Source of the DNA: a virus
Length of the DNA: 64,000 nt
Direction: 5' to 3' (one strand)
Virus record (IMG/VR): IMGVR_UViG_3300046170_000299
Shown piece after piece: positions 47,001 to 55,389 of this stretch. A program made the translations under genes and the position numbers. Numbering within the stretch: the first letter of the stretch is position 1; every line of letters begins with the position of its first letter. Under the pieces are notes generated by a model. The model did no database searches. It was not told where the DNA came from and saw nothing but the letters and a program-made list of their open reading frames with translations.

Positions 47001-50000
47001 GCATAACGTATCTAACGCAGTATATGATTCTGCAACTGGTTCTATTGCTCTTACGATTGGTGCTCACACACTAACCTCTGGTACTAGCGTCAAACTTAAG
47101 GAAGAATCTTTAATCTTCAAGTGTACTAAGGATCAGAATGTTATGACACATTCCTATCCTAGAGCATCTGGTAAGTACAGACCTGCTGCATATGCAGATG
47201 GCAACTGTTCTGATGTTCTTGCAACTGTTAACGCACTGATTGACATCACATGTAACTCTCTTAACGATGGTAACCTCAACAACTTACCACCTCTAAACAA
47301 TGGTGAGTGGGATTGTGCAAACGTTCGTAGTTCTATCGAAGTTCTCTTTGATATTCTACAGGATGCAATCGTTGGTGGTACACTTGCTGGTCTACCTCCT
47401 CTTAACACTGGAGACTTCACAATCAATAACGAAGCATCTAAGTGCTTCCGTGATGTTACTTACATCGTTGATGCTGTTGTTAATGACTTACGACTTGGTG
47501 GTAACCTCAACAGTATCCAAGCTGGTGAAGCATACTATGTTGGTAACAACCTAGAGTACATCGACGGTGAGAAGACTGAAACTCTAGATGCATGGAACTA
47601 TGTCGGACAGATGGCAACTGCTGCCATGAGAAACTTCGATGTTCTTGCATTCAACTGTTCTACAACTACTGGTTCTGCAATCGTTGACGTTAACGATACT
47701 CGTGGCATCATTATTGGTATGGGTGTCAAGGAATACGATGACACTGATCCAACTGCACCAGCATATGTCAATGGATTGCTACAAAGTGGAGCAACTCAAC
47801 TAGTATCTAATATCCCTGCTGGTACATATGTCAAGAACATTGTAAGTAATACACAAATTGAACTTGGTGTTAATGGTTCTAGACTAACTGAAGGTAACAC
47901 AGTCAACGCCTTACAGACTAGCACTACAACTGAACTATACTTTGTATATGAAAATGGTATTTGGGCAGATACATTACCCACAACTAAGATTGTCGGTCCT
48001 GCAGGAACTGGTGAAGAGGTCATTCAAGACACCACAGTTTCTCCAACAAATAGAGAGTGTTCTGGTACTGCTAATGCTATTGAAACGTTAGTTGGTAACA
48101 TCACTACTATTATTAATAGTGGTCTTGGCACAGTTACTAGACAAGAGCAGACAGTTAACACTGCACTTCTTGCATCTAGAGCTACAGTATTTACGATTGA
48201 CGTTTCTGGTAGTGGTCCTTCTAACCCACATGACTTTGAAACTGGTACAGCAGTTAGATTGGTTCCACGTCCACGTTTCGATCAAGTAACTGGTAAGTAT
48301 GTTGATGTTGATAAGCGTCTTGTTAGACTACCTAATGGTTTTGATACTAACAGAACATACTATGTCATTGCACCAGGTAGAGTAACACAACCAGAGAACT
48401 ACGGTGGTACATCATTCTTCGATGGTAGTGATCAAACTAGATTGATGCTTGCAACCTCTAGAGAGAACGCAGCATCTGGTATTTACATCTATGCATCTGA
48501 AACAGATAGCATCGATAAGGATGTTGAGATTGATCTCTATCAGTTTGTTCTTGACGACAAGTATGATCTACACAATTATACTGGTGTATTAAGCACATCA
48601 GTTAACGCTGGTATTCAAACAGATGTATCTCACATCTTTGATGTTCCTAATGCTGGTACTACACCTCAGAAAGCATTCATCAGAGCTGTTGAAGGTGGTG
48701 TTCTACCTCTAATCTCACAGACCTATGTTAATGATCCTCAAGTTGCGGTAACTGATCCGCAGAACTCTGCTATCGGTAGAATCAATCCTAACATTGAGTT
48801 CTTCACTCGTTATCAGAATAATAAGACACTTACATTACACAAGACACATGCTGATGCAATTAACAATGTAAATCCAATTACATTTGCAGCTGGTCAATCT
48901 GGTCTTGAGTTCAATGTTTATGCTAACAAGAGTCGTTCGCCAATGCGATTCGATCCTGGTTTCACTGATGCTACTGCAACCAATGGTAAGTGGTACATCC
49001 AGTGTAAGGACGAGGTAACTGGTAGTGGTGATCCTACAGATAATATCTTCTGGAGAATTTCTCAATCTGATTACGCTGATAGACAGAGATCCACTGACAT
49101 GTGGTATGAGCGTCTAGAAGATAATCGTGATAAGGATGATAGAACATACAAACTACGTATGGTCATTCCTAAGTATCTTGAGAATGCAAGAGATCCTATT
49201 AATGGATTTGTTCTTAAGACAAGAACTGATGACACACGTAAGTTAGTACCTCAGAAGGTTGTATTGAAACCAGTTGTTGGTACAGTATATGGTGCTCGTT
49301 TTGAAAACCCAGTACAAGCTGGTGAATATATTGGATATGATTCTGCTGATTTCAATACTAATAGTCTTAATTTAGATGCACAGTATGATCCATTTAAAAA
49401 GGATCAAACAGGTGCAGGTATTGAGTATAGAGCATTTGCAAGATTCACATCTGGTATTCAGGCAACTATCCAATCTGGTCGTTATGTAGAAGACGTTTTA
49501 GATCCTTCTATCAAGTATCTTGAGTTGAATCTATATGATCATGCTGTTGATACTAGAAACTTCCCTGGCTTGAGGAACGAGACATTTACTACAGTTAAGA
49601 TTACTGCTCCTCAAGGTGGTAACTTTGTAACTAGTAAGGTTGATAACCAAGCATCATCTCCTAACGCTATTAGTTTTGCTGGTAATTCTTCTGGTTTAGC
49701 TAACGTTCATGCATATTATACAGTAAATGGTGAACATTACTTAATCATCAAGAACGTTCGTAGTGGTGATTTAGAGTATAGTGAATATGCCAATACAAGA
49801 TTCACTCAAGGCACTGTCTTTGCTGACATGCTTGAGGATCAGGACATGGGCAAATCGCTTCCTCTAAAAACTCAAATCAGAAAAAATAATCCCCAGTTTT
49901 TCTACAAGCAAAACGGCGCTAACGTTTACACTATCACACCTGGCGACAGAATTCAAGATGACGCTGGTGTTGAGTACTATGTTGATAGCGTTGAAGATGC

Positions 50001-53000
50001 AGGAGTTATCGAAGATACATTCTATATCTTCGGATATGAAACTCTACAAAAGAGAATTTCTGGACAGCAAGATGGTATCTACTATCTAACTGCCCTCCGT
50101 GGTAACGTTTCACCATTCCCAACTGGTGCTGGTGTAACTAACAACTTCAAGAAGTTTAAGTTCTCTCAACCAGTCAGTAAGCTATATCCTCTTAACTATA
50201 GAAACGATCCTCTTTGGTTTAAGAAGTCTGGTACTTCACAAGAAGAAAAAGATCTATATGCTGCATTAATTGACCCACCACAGGTATACTCTGCTGCTGA
50301 CAACTATGTACATGGTCTTGTCACAGTTAACGACTTTAAGAACTCTACAACCAGAGAGATGGTTGCAGACCTTACAGAACAACCTGCATTCTTGCTTAAC
50401 ACCTATACTGGTGGCAATACAATTCAAGCACAAAGTGGTAATGCAACTTCTGGTTCTGAAGATCGTAGGATTCCGATTTCTGGTGATAGCACAGTTCTCT
50501 CTGATCAGAGATATTATGTTGAACTTAGACGACCATCTATCGCTCGTGCTGGTAACCATACGTTTGAATATCTTGGTTTCGGTCCAGGCAACTACTCCAC
50601 TGGTCTACCAGCTAGGCAGGAAGTCGTCCTAACACCTGAAGAGGACTTCTACGCACAAAGTAAGAAACAAGACGCTGGTATTGTCTTCTACACTGGTATT
50701 AACTCACAGGGTGATTTGTACATTGGTAACAGAAGAATCAATGCTATTACTGGTGAAGAGACATTCATCGATTCTGCTGCATTAGTAGATGATGGAGACG
50801 AGGATGATACATTAGGCGGTCTAGTTACTACCTTCGATACTCCTGTAACATTCAACCAGAATATTACAGTTGTTGGTGGTGATGGTGAACTAGTTAATAC
50901 ATTTGAATCACCAATTACTATCGCTGTTCAAGATTCTGATCTAACACAGTCAAGAGATGCATTAATCATTCGTTCTAACGTATCTTCTATTGATCCTGTA
51001 ACACAACTAGAACAAGATGAGCAATTAGATAGAACTGCATTTGCTCCTCCTACTGATGGTGACATCAGACTTGGTAAAAACAGAATTCAATCCGCTATTT
51101 TTGGATTTAATTCCAGAGGAAATGGTCAAGAATATAAGATTCAAACACATACTACAGGCGGTGTAGCTTCTAACGTTACTCCTAATCAGTCTCCACTGAT
51201 CGCTAATGGTGGATCTAGAATTGATGTATCTCAGTTTATCACTTATGGTGGTGTAATCGCCGCACCTGGCGATATGCTACTCAAGGGAGCTGAAGTTGGT
51301 AAAAACGGATCTATCGCATGGATTCTTTCTAACTACTTCTCTAATATTTCTAATAATCAGATTGATAACATCGAGTTTGATGGAACCAATGTTGTTAAAC
51401 TCTCATTCAGAGACTTTACCAGTGGTGTTGCACTCTCAGTTGGTAATGATATTGGCATCACATCTGGTTCTCAGATTAGAATTAAGAACTTCTACTATGA
51501 TCCTAGACTAAACCTAACATGGCAGGTATACGCTGCTAAACCTGGTGATGCATTTAACCCAACAAATAACTACTGTCATTTCCAAGTTATTGATCAAATT
51601 CCACAAGATACACAAGCTTGGGAAAACATTATTGCTGGTACAGCTACTGGACAACCTAGTCCTACTATTGAATTCTCTAACTCTAACTTCAAGGAATTTG
51701 GAGTCATTGGTGCTGAAGCACTTAGAACAGAGACTGAGAGCATTGGTGAGTATAAGTTAGGCATCAACACTGTTGCTCGTGCTCCACATAGTGCATATGC
51801 AAATGCATGGGTAAATCCAACAACGACTGATCCTCGTGCAAACCTTGATGTTGTTGGTAACGCATTCATCAGTGGTAGAGTTACAGGTGATTTCTTAGAT
51901 CATACTAACTTCGCTGATCGTGATAAGACTGCAATCGACAATGCACTATTAATTGGTGGTGATAGTTCTGCTCCTAACGATGAGGCAGTCCTACGTGTTG
52001 CGACTACAAACGGTGGTCGTGTTGGTATTAATGTTGATAACTCTCAACTAGATAGAGCTCTGGTTGTAGATGGCACATCTAGATTCACTGATGATGCTCG
52101 TTTTGAGCATGACATTGAAGTCAATGGTGATGATGGTGTAATTGCCGAGATCAGAACATCACAGACAACAGGTACATTTAACTTAGTTGATGATACCACA
52201 TTTACTGGAACACTCAACATTGGTAGTCAGGTTGGCACATTCAACCTAGTCAATGATACTACTGATGATCAGTTTATCTACGTTGGTACTTCATCAACAC
52301 ACAGTAATATCTTCATCGGAACTACTTCTGATACACCTAGTTCTAATATTTCTAAGGTTGAAATTGGTGGTGGATATAACAATAACGAGTCTCTATCCTT
52401 TACTAGAATCAAAACCAAGTCCTTCAAGGTTGATGGTGACTTCCAGCTAGGTGCGAGAAGAACAATTAATGATACTGTAAACCTAACCACTAGTGCAGGT
52501 AAAGTTTCATTCTTCTCTAACTCTGGTTCTGCTTCTATTCTTGATTTCGCACTTAATGCATCTGAAATCAACATTGCTGGTCAGGGTGGTCTAACCACAA
52601 TTAACAACCAGTTGAGAGTTGTTGCTTCTGCACAGTTTGATGGAAACATCCTAATGTGTGGTGGTGTTGCGGCATTCTCCTTCTTAGGTGACAGGGCACA
52701 ACTTGGATCCACTGCATTCGCTCATGCTGATGGTATTCTAAGTGATACATTATTCAATAAGAACATTGACATTCTTAATGTCTTAGTTCTACAGACAACT
52801 GATGAAGGTTACAACCAAGTTGATACTGCTGGTGCTGGTCTCTGGGGTGGTGCTGCTTATCAACAGGAAGTTACAAACATTGGTGGAGCACCAGCTGTTG
52901 AACCACAGACATTGGGTGTTCTAACTGGTGATGAATACTGGTTACCACTCAAGTTTGCACCTGTTAAGCAAAATGGTGATCCATACTTTGTTGAGAATGA

Positions 53001-55386
53001 TTATATTATTATCAACAGTGCAGTTTCTGGTAGCGGACATCCTGAGATCGTTCAGGTTCTAGAATTAACTAGAACATCTGTTGCTCCTTACTACCTCAAG
53101 GTTAAGCGTCAACCACTTGGTACTTACACTGCAATTCTAAACAATCATATTGATACTACACCTATTTTCAAGGTTAACGTACAGTTTGATGCCACATGGA
53201 CTGAGCAGGCACTAGATTCTACTGGTCCTCAAGACAATGTATATCTTTCTGAGTTTGGTGGTGTTCTAACAAATAATGATTATGTAATCATTGACCGTGA
53301 AGATACAAACAGCGATGGCATCTTTAATCAAGGTGAAGTTATCAAGGTTGTTACTCCTCTAGAGGCAGTAGAACAGAAATTCAGAATTTCTAAAGATTGT
53401 TCTCAAGGTGAAGCTGGCGATGTGTTCATTGTCAACTCTGTAACAGGTGACACTACTATCCTTGGCGATACTACTATCAATAACACTCTGACAATTAAGG
53501 GTGGTTGTGGAACACTATCCAATGTTCAGTTTAATGGAACTGCAACTGCTGGAACTAATATTATTACTGGTGTAACTGTTACGAGTCCTGATAAGACAAT
53601 TGCTGATATCAAGATTGGTGATACCATTGTTAATATTACTAACGAGTCTCCAATTAACTTCTCGCCAGATGCAGTCATTACAGCAATTGATTCAGTCAAT
53701 GGTGAGTTAGTTCTAAGCAGAAACACACTTGGTTCTTCTTCCCAGACTGTAGGATTAGCAGCTAGGAGAAATGAGCAATTCTTGATCACAGATGGTAATC
53801 AAGTACCAACATTCAGGGTAGATTCTTGTAGTGGAACTACACATATTGGTAATCAATATGGTAGATTCGATATTGAATACTCCAGTGCTGGAGAGACTAC
53901 TTCTAATACTGCTGGTATTCCTGCACTATTTGATGCTGGAACTATCAAGAGAGCATATAGTTTCTGGTTCGATCCACAGCATGTATCTGATGGTGGTCCT
54001 ACTACTACAATCGCTAGTGCTGTTGCTGGTAGCGCAAGTCAAATCCAGATTCCTGTTCAATCTCTTGGTGTTGGTTCTGGTGCGTTTGCTGTTGATGATT
54101 TAGTATTTGTTGGATCACCAACTGCAACAACTACTCAAATTGGTGATTATATTATTGGTAAGATTACACAAATTATTACCAACCCTGCTAACTTAACTAT
54201 TGTTGTTGAAGATGCTGGTACTGGTTTAAATACCAACAAGACATTTACTCCATCTGATAGTGCATTTGATGCTGGTAATACTGTTAGAAGACTAATCAAG
54301 CATAAGGAACTTGCTAATATCATCGATGTTGAGCAGAGAACTAGAGTTAACTCTGGTGCTTCTACCACATATATCTCGATGATCCTTGATAAAGGATATA
54401 TCTCTCAGCAAAAACTTGATTACGCTCAATTCTTAGCTCTTGCAGATGACGAAGGTGATGCTAAGATTTGGGTCAAGGTTGTTGGAAGACTGAAAGGTGA
54501 TGTTCATCAAGTAACGATGAACGAACAAATTCAAGATGGTGCAATTGGATATAGAAGTGGTAACACTCTCATCAATGGCAACTTGGATATGGCTGGTGGA
54601 AGCTTCCAGATCTTCGATTCTGTTAATCAGACAAGACTGTTTGCTTTAGTTAATGATGATGGTCACGCTGATCACCAAGGTCTACTAACTTGGGATGCTG
54701 GTGTTACTGCAAGAGGTGACTTCTATCTCTTCAGCGCACAAGATCCAGAGAACGTTGTTTTAAATCCAGATGCTAATGTTCCATCATTCTCTGTTGATAA
54801 CCTGGCTAATGTAACTGCTGGTAGGTCGTTTACTGTTAATGGTCTGGCATCTAATCCACCTTCTACAACATTCAAGCAATTTGCTTTAGAAAATCTTGGT
54901 GTAGATGGCACAGAAGAGTATGCAATTAAGCAAGATAGTTCTATCGATGCATTTGGTATTACTAACTTCACTACTTCTAGTGGTGCTAGACATACAAGAT
55001 ATATTTCTTCTGCATCTCCAGAAGAGGATCTAACATTAGTACCAAATATTACTTATATGGTAAATACTACTGCTTCAACTACATTAGTTCTTACATTACC
55101 ATCTGGTCCTCAATCAGGAGATATTGTGAGAATCACAGATGTTGGTGGTAACTTAAGCTATAATACATCATTGGTACTAAGAACAGCAGAATCTTCTGGA
55201 ACTAAGATTCAGGGAGATGATACTGGAACACTGTTGGGTGGAAGAATTACACCATATCCTTCTGGAGAACTGGTAGTTCAAACTCCTAATGCTGCGTTTG
55301 CTCTTGTATATCTTGGTTCTGTTGATAGTAATGGACAAGTTGGTATTCCAACTTCAGTACAAGGATGGTGGTTAACCGAGGTATAA
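41080..55386 (+). CDS. giant (4768 aa) virion/tail structural protein: N-terminal beta-helix-like region, central phycobiliprotein-like repeats, C-terminal fibre-type domains
   Basis: Uninterrupted 14.3-kb ORF behind a late promoter; YVSPDD..ATD...G.SP..PFKSIQRA beta-helix entry; C-terminal LVLTLPSGPQSGDIVRITD fibre motif. Confidence 0.92.
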   Translation: MPLTRLDNLISSKTGKYLYVSPDDFNATDALSNRGNSPVTPFKSIQRAFLEIARYSYLPGFQNDRFDQFSIMLMPGIHYIDNRPGLVDTSGIDVFGFDQATNAWTDDSILDISNPDNVFYKFNNTEGGAIIPRGSSLVGYDLRRTVVRPMYVPDPATTEREIPRSAIFNVTGGCYFWQFTIKDGQTTSESPLYDNSEGSGLVYYDPKDFAKKSAPNFSHHKLTVFEYADTEELSLFYRKIAKGFSAYQPTIDDPGEFDFRVQENRIVGPLSDSRVIESLTLADATTDPSIPASTAEITVTTKVDHGYFAGQFVAIANTEIDDVLEGIFQIKEIDQNDARKFKYEVPFVVSGIGSNIVSGQTVSVDTTPALGQNAQTLAEVDSVESASPYVFNVSIRSTWGICGIWANGLKATGFKSMVIAQYTGVSLQKDDRAFIRYDEYTNTWNQASLVDAFATVPYHTKGDSYWKDEWRNFHVRASDDAFIQNVSIFAVGFADHFLMESGGDMSITNSNSNFGNTSLHAIGFKGFAFNQDKGGFITDIIPPEAVVDNTASTKKISYYTIDIQGTLQTSSNYTKLFLGNDDIVDPLVRPAATITGYRLGAKSNDRLYVKLDNAPGTDEFFNVQLEPTGFVKYVAKGSILNPSGGVVNSVYADAANLIESNRRMIQEEVFGYILEKYPRLQNIPYVNPGLNPAGNRYFDARNLIAANRQEIVDTAFDDMITTYGSSVIQGIGDGKCKRDIGLIVDAVAEDLKDGGNSNVIAATRTYFDGDGNPLTNGLVGEEDYATYAFRRARDLCKLAIANLLTVQADLYDPDPNSNLAPYGINVGKTGSQAELDGDTTNGVTIDLALKADPASRYKDARNRIVANREFILDAALAEVSVYHPDFYIPGDTQTNSQSRLADGFRMIRRNSSEIRDKALAAIAVAHPNFYIDGDNQTDEGSRYASAYRLIANNRNQIIDVALAETTVQHPDYYFVGDQQTDARSRYADGYRLIQQNKTEIVNTAWTNTLGQYAGAAATEVKCKRDMGIFVDSVSLDLFVGGNKYARKFIQEYFNAAGNAWISGGLQGEETESIYAFNQARDLMKSAVANQLSVQDLSVTPGPAQYAGGGGDIANTNAGACDDVQSAITTLVDIVTTQIAAGNLNALPAETAYIAGPGEEKCRRDIGIFVDSIALDLFCKGNVYTHRFGAEFFTDASTPEFSFNSAVYNTNFNKAAETIKKAITNQLYEKDLFRTADNAPGSAYGQVSKDYTPHGATYDAATGDMVLSIANHGLSNGDRVKIADSGVVFTCTMDSNGSNHAYPRNTDPASGQYLEITASTTDSITVNVGASPAGQQYDHTFVSAVANCVNFAGNTANQLIDAQTALCSDVQSAVDSLTSIVTTILSNGNLSTMPIEVNYGSGRGPGELKCARDIGYFIDAISVDMFCEGNKHTRTFTEQYFTNATTPLNNGLVGEEAESVTAFNTALNEMKRAVTNQLYYKDLTVTEGESQWGDGNGTVARNSSTACADVQNAITTLGTIATDAITAGNITGGIWNSAANAGTFITGEAKCRRDLGIVVDAVAQDLWFGGNEFTIAATKEYFNNNALIANGVDAEVAPSITAFKRAEDLMQRALNNVYYDRDLNITLDQTGDPPIVGDIECDAHDMVTSNLDFIAEEAYLRMIAAYPAYTPQANNTAQDCKDDVITVLKEVMWDVKFGGNYKTYDAAKIYVTNYDYQTGTNISTFLDAERDEAAKVMLEAKNIAMQVIKNETVTVDAANTKTQVIDNTIVEDWDATELLPKCGSAVAAVDTLFGIVIQAIGNDGGVGNLDGVVRTTLDGPDPAWNKALNVISTTATSVTLNVGASASGDQYPHTFIAAAAGALVSGGAYAHTFVSASAGAVNVVNGSQITPTNATYDAATGDLTLYFGSAHGVTTSDQLSIDDNSLTFSCDMGRDSTTKTYPRAGSDPVAGQNVNPTAVTATSITINVGASPLVEHNVSNAVYDSATGSIALTIGAHTLTSGTSVKLKEESLIFKCTKDQNVMTHSYPRASGKYRPAAYADGNCSDVLATVNALIDITCNSLNDGNLNNLPPLNNGEWDCANVRSSIEVLFDILQDAIVGGTLAGLPPLNTGDFTINNEASKCFRDVTYIVDAVVNDLRLGGNLNSIQAGEAYYVGNNLEYIDGEKTETLDAWNYVGQMATAAMRNFDVLAFNCSTTTGSAIVDVNDTRGIIIGMGVKEYDDTDPTAPAYVNGLLQSGATQLVSNIPAGTYVKNIVSNTQIELGVNGSRLTEGNTVNALQTSTTTELYFVYENGIWADTLPTTKIVGPAGTGEEVIQDTTVSPTNRECSGTANAIETLVGNITTIINSGLGTVTRQEQTVNTALLASRATVFTIDVSGSGPSNPHDFETGTAVRLVPRPRFDQVTGKYVDVDKRLVRLPNGFDTNRTYYVIAPGRVTQPENYGGTSFFDGSDQTRLMLATSRENAASGIYIYASETDSIDKDVEIDLYQFVLDDKYDLHNYTGVLSTSVNAGIQTDVSHIFDVPNAGTTPQKAFIRAVEGGVLPLISQTYVNDPQVAVTDPQNSAIGRINPNIEFFTRYQNNKTLTLHKTHADAINNVNPITFAAGQSGLEFNVYANKSRSPMRFDPGFTDATATNGKWYIQCKDEVTGSGDPTDNIFWRISQSDYADRQRSTDMWYERLEDNRDKDDRTYKLRMVIPKYLENARDPINGFVLKTRTDDTRKLVPQKVVLKPVVGTVYGARFENPVQAGEYIGYDSADFNTNSLNLDAQYDPFKKDQTGAGIEYRAFARFTSGIQATIQSGRYVEDVLDPSIKYLELNLYDHAVDTRNFPGLRNETFTTVKITAPQGGNFVTSKVDNQASSPNAISFAGNSSGLANVHAYYTVNGEHYLIIKNVRSGDLEYSEYANTRFTQGTVFADMLEDQDMGKSLPLKTQIRKNNPQFFYKQNGANVYTITPGDRIQDDAGVEYYVDSVEDAGVIEDTFYIFGYETLQKRISGQQDGIYYLTALRGNVSPFPTGAGVTNNFKKFKFSQPVSKLYPLNYRNDPLWFKKSGTSQEEKDLYAALIDPPQVYSAADNYVHGLVTVNDFKNSTTREMVADLTEQPAFLLNTYTGGNTIQAQSGNATSGSEDRRIPISGDSTVLSDQRYYVELRRPSIARAGNHTFEYLGFGPGNYSTGLPARQEVVLTPEEDFYAQSKKQDAGIVFYTGINSQGDLYIGNRRINAITGEETFIDSAALVDDGDEDDTLGGLVTTFDTPVTFNQNITVVGGDGELVNTFESPITIAVQDSDLTQSRDALIIRSNVSSIDPVTQLEQDEQLDRTAFAPPTDGDIRLGKNRIQSAIFGFNSRGNGQEYKIQTHTTGGVASNVTPNQSPLIANGGSRIDVSQFITYGGVIAAPGDMLLKGAEVGKNGSIAWILSNYFSNISNNQIDNIEFDGTNVVKLSFRDFTSGVALSVGNDIGITSGSQIRIKNFYYDPRLNLTWQVYAAKPGDAFNPTNNYCHFQVIDQIPQDTQAWENIIAGTATGQPSPTIEFSNSNFKEFGVIGAEALRTETESIGEYKLGINTVARAPHSAYANAWVNPTTTDPRANLDVVGNAFISGRVTGDFLDHTNFADRDKTAIDNALLIGGDSSAPNDEAVLRVATTNGGRVGINVDNSQLDRALVVDGTSRFTDDARFEHDIEVNGDDGVIAEIRTSQTTGTFNLVDDTTFTGTLNIGSQVGTFNLVNDTTDDQFIYVGTSSTHSNIFIGTTSDTPSSNISKVEIGGGYNNNESLSFTRIKTKSFKVDGDFQLGARRTINDTVNLTTSAGKVSFFSNSGSASILDFALNASEINIAGQGGLTTINNQLRVVASAQFDGNILMCGGVAAFSFLGDRAQLGSTAFAHADGILSDTLFNKNIDILNVLVLQTTDEGYNQVDTAGAGLWGGAAYQQEVTNIGGAPAVEPQTLGVLTGDEYWLPLKFAPVKQNGDPYFVENDYIIINSAVSGSGHPEIVQVLELTRTSVAPYYLKVKRQPLGTYTAILNNHIDTTPIFKVNVQFDATWTEQALDSTGPQDNVYLSEFGGVLTNNDYVIIDREDTNSDGIFNQGEVIKVVTPLEAVEQKFRISKDCSQGEAGDVFIVNSVTGDTTILGDTTINNTLTIKGGCGTLSNVQFNGTATAGTNIITGVTVTSPDKTIADIKIGDTIVNITNESPINFSPDAVITAIDSVNGELVLSRNTLGSSSQTVGLAARRNEQFLITDGNQVPTFRVDSCSGTTHIGNQYGRFDIEYSSAGETTSNTAGIPALFDAGTIKRAYSFWFDPQHVSDGGPTTTIASAVAGSASQIQIPVQSLGVGSGAFAVDDLVFVGSPTATTTQIGDYIIGKITQIITNPANLTIVVEDAGTGLNTNKTFTPSDSAFDAGNTVRRLIKHKELANIIDVEQRTRVNSGASTTYISMILDKGYISQQKLDYAQFLALADDEGDAKIWVKVVGRLKGDVHQVTMNEQIQDGAIGYRSGNTLINGNLDMAGGSFQIFDSVNQTRLFALVNDDGHADHQGLLTWDAGVTARGDFYLFSAQDPENVVLNPDANVPSFSVDNLANVTAGRSFTVNGLASNPPSTTFKQFALENLGVDGTEEYAIKQDSSIDAFGITNFTTSSGARHTRYISSASPEEDLTLVPNITYMVNTTASTTLVLTLPSGPQSGDIVRITDVGGNLSYNTSLVLRTAESSGTKIQGDDTGTLLGGRITPYPSGELVVQTPNAAFALVYLGSVDSNGQVGIPTSVQGWWLTEV
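43021..48130 (+). repeat. about 7 helical protein repeats with C-x-R/K-D...GGN and a second C-x11-D motif
   Basis: First-type Cys codons at 43285, 44143, 44560, 45304, 45727, 46114, 47443; second-type at 44437, 45175, 45595, 46420, 47206, 47314, 48058. Confidence 0.85.
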
Positions 55387-55389
55387 TCA

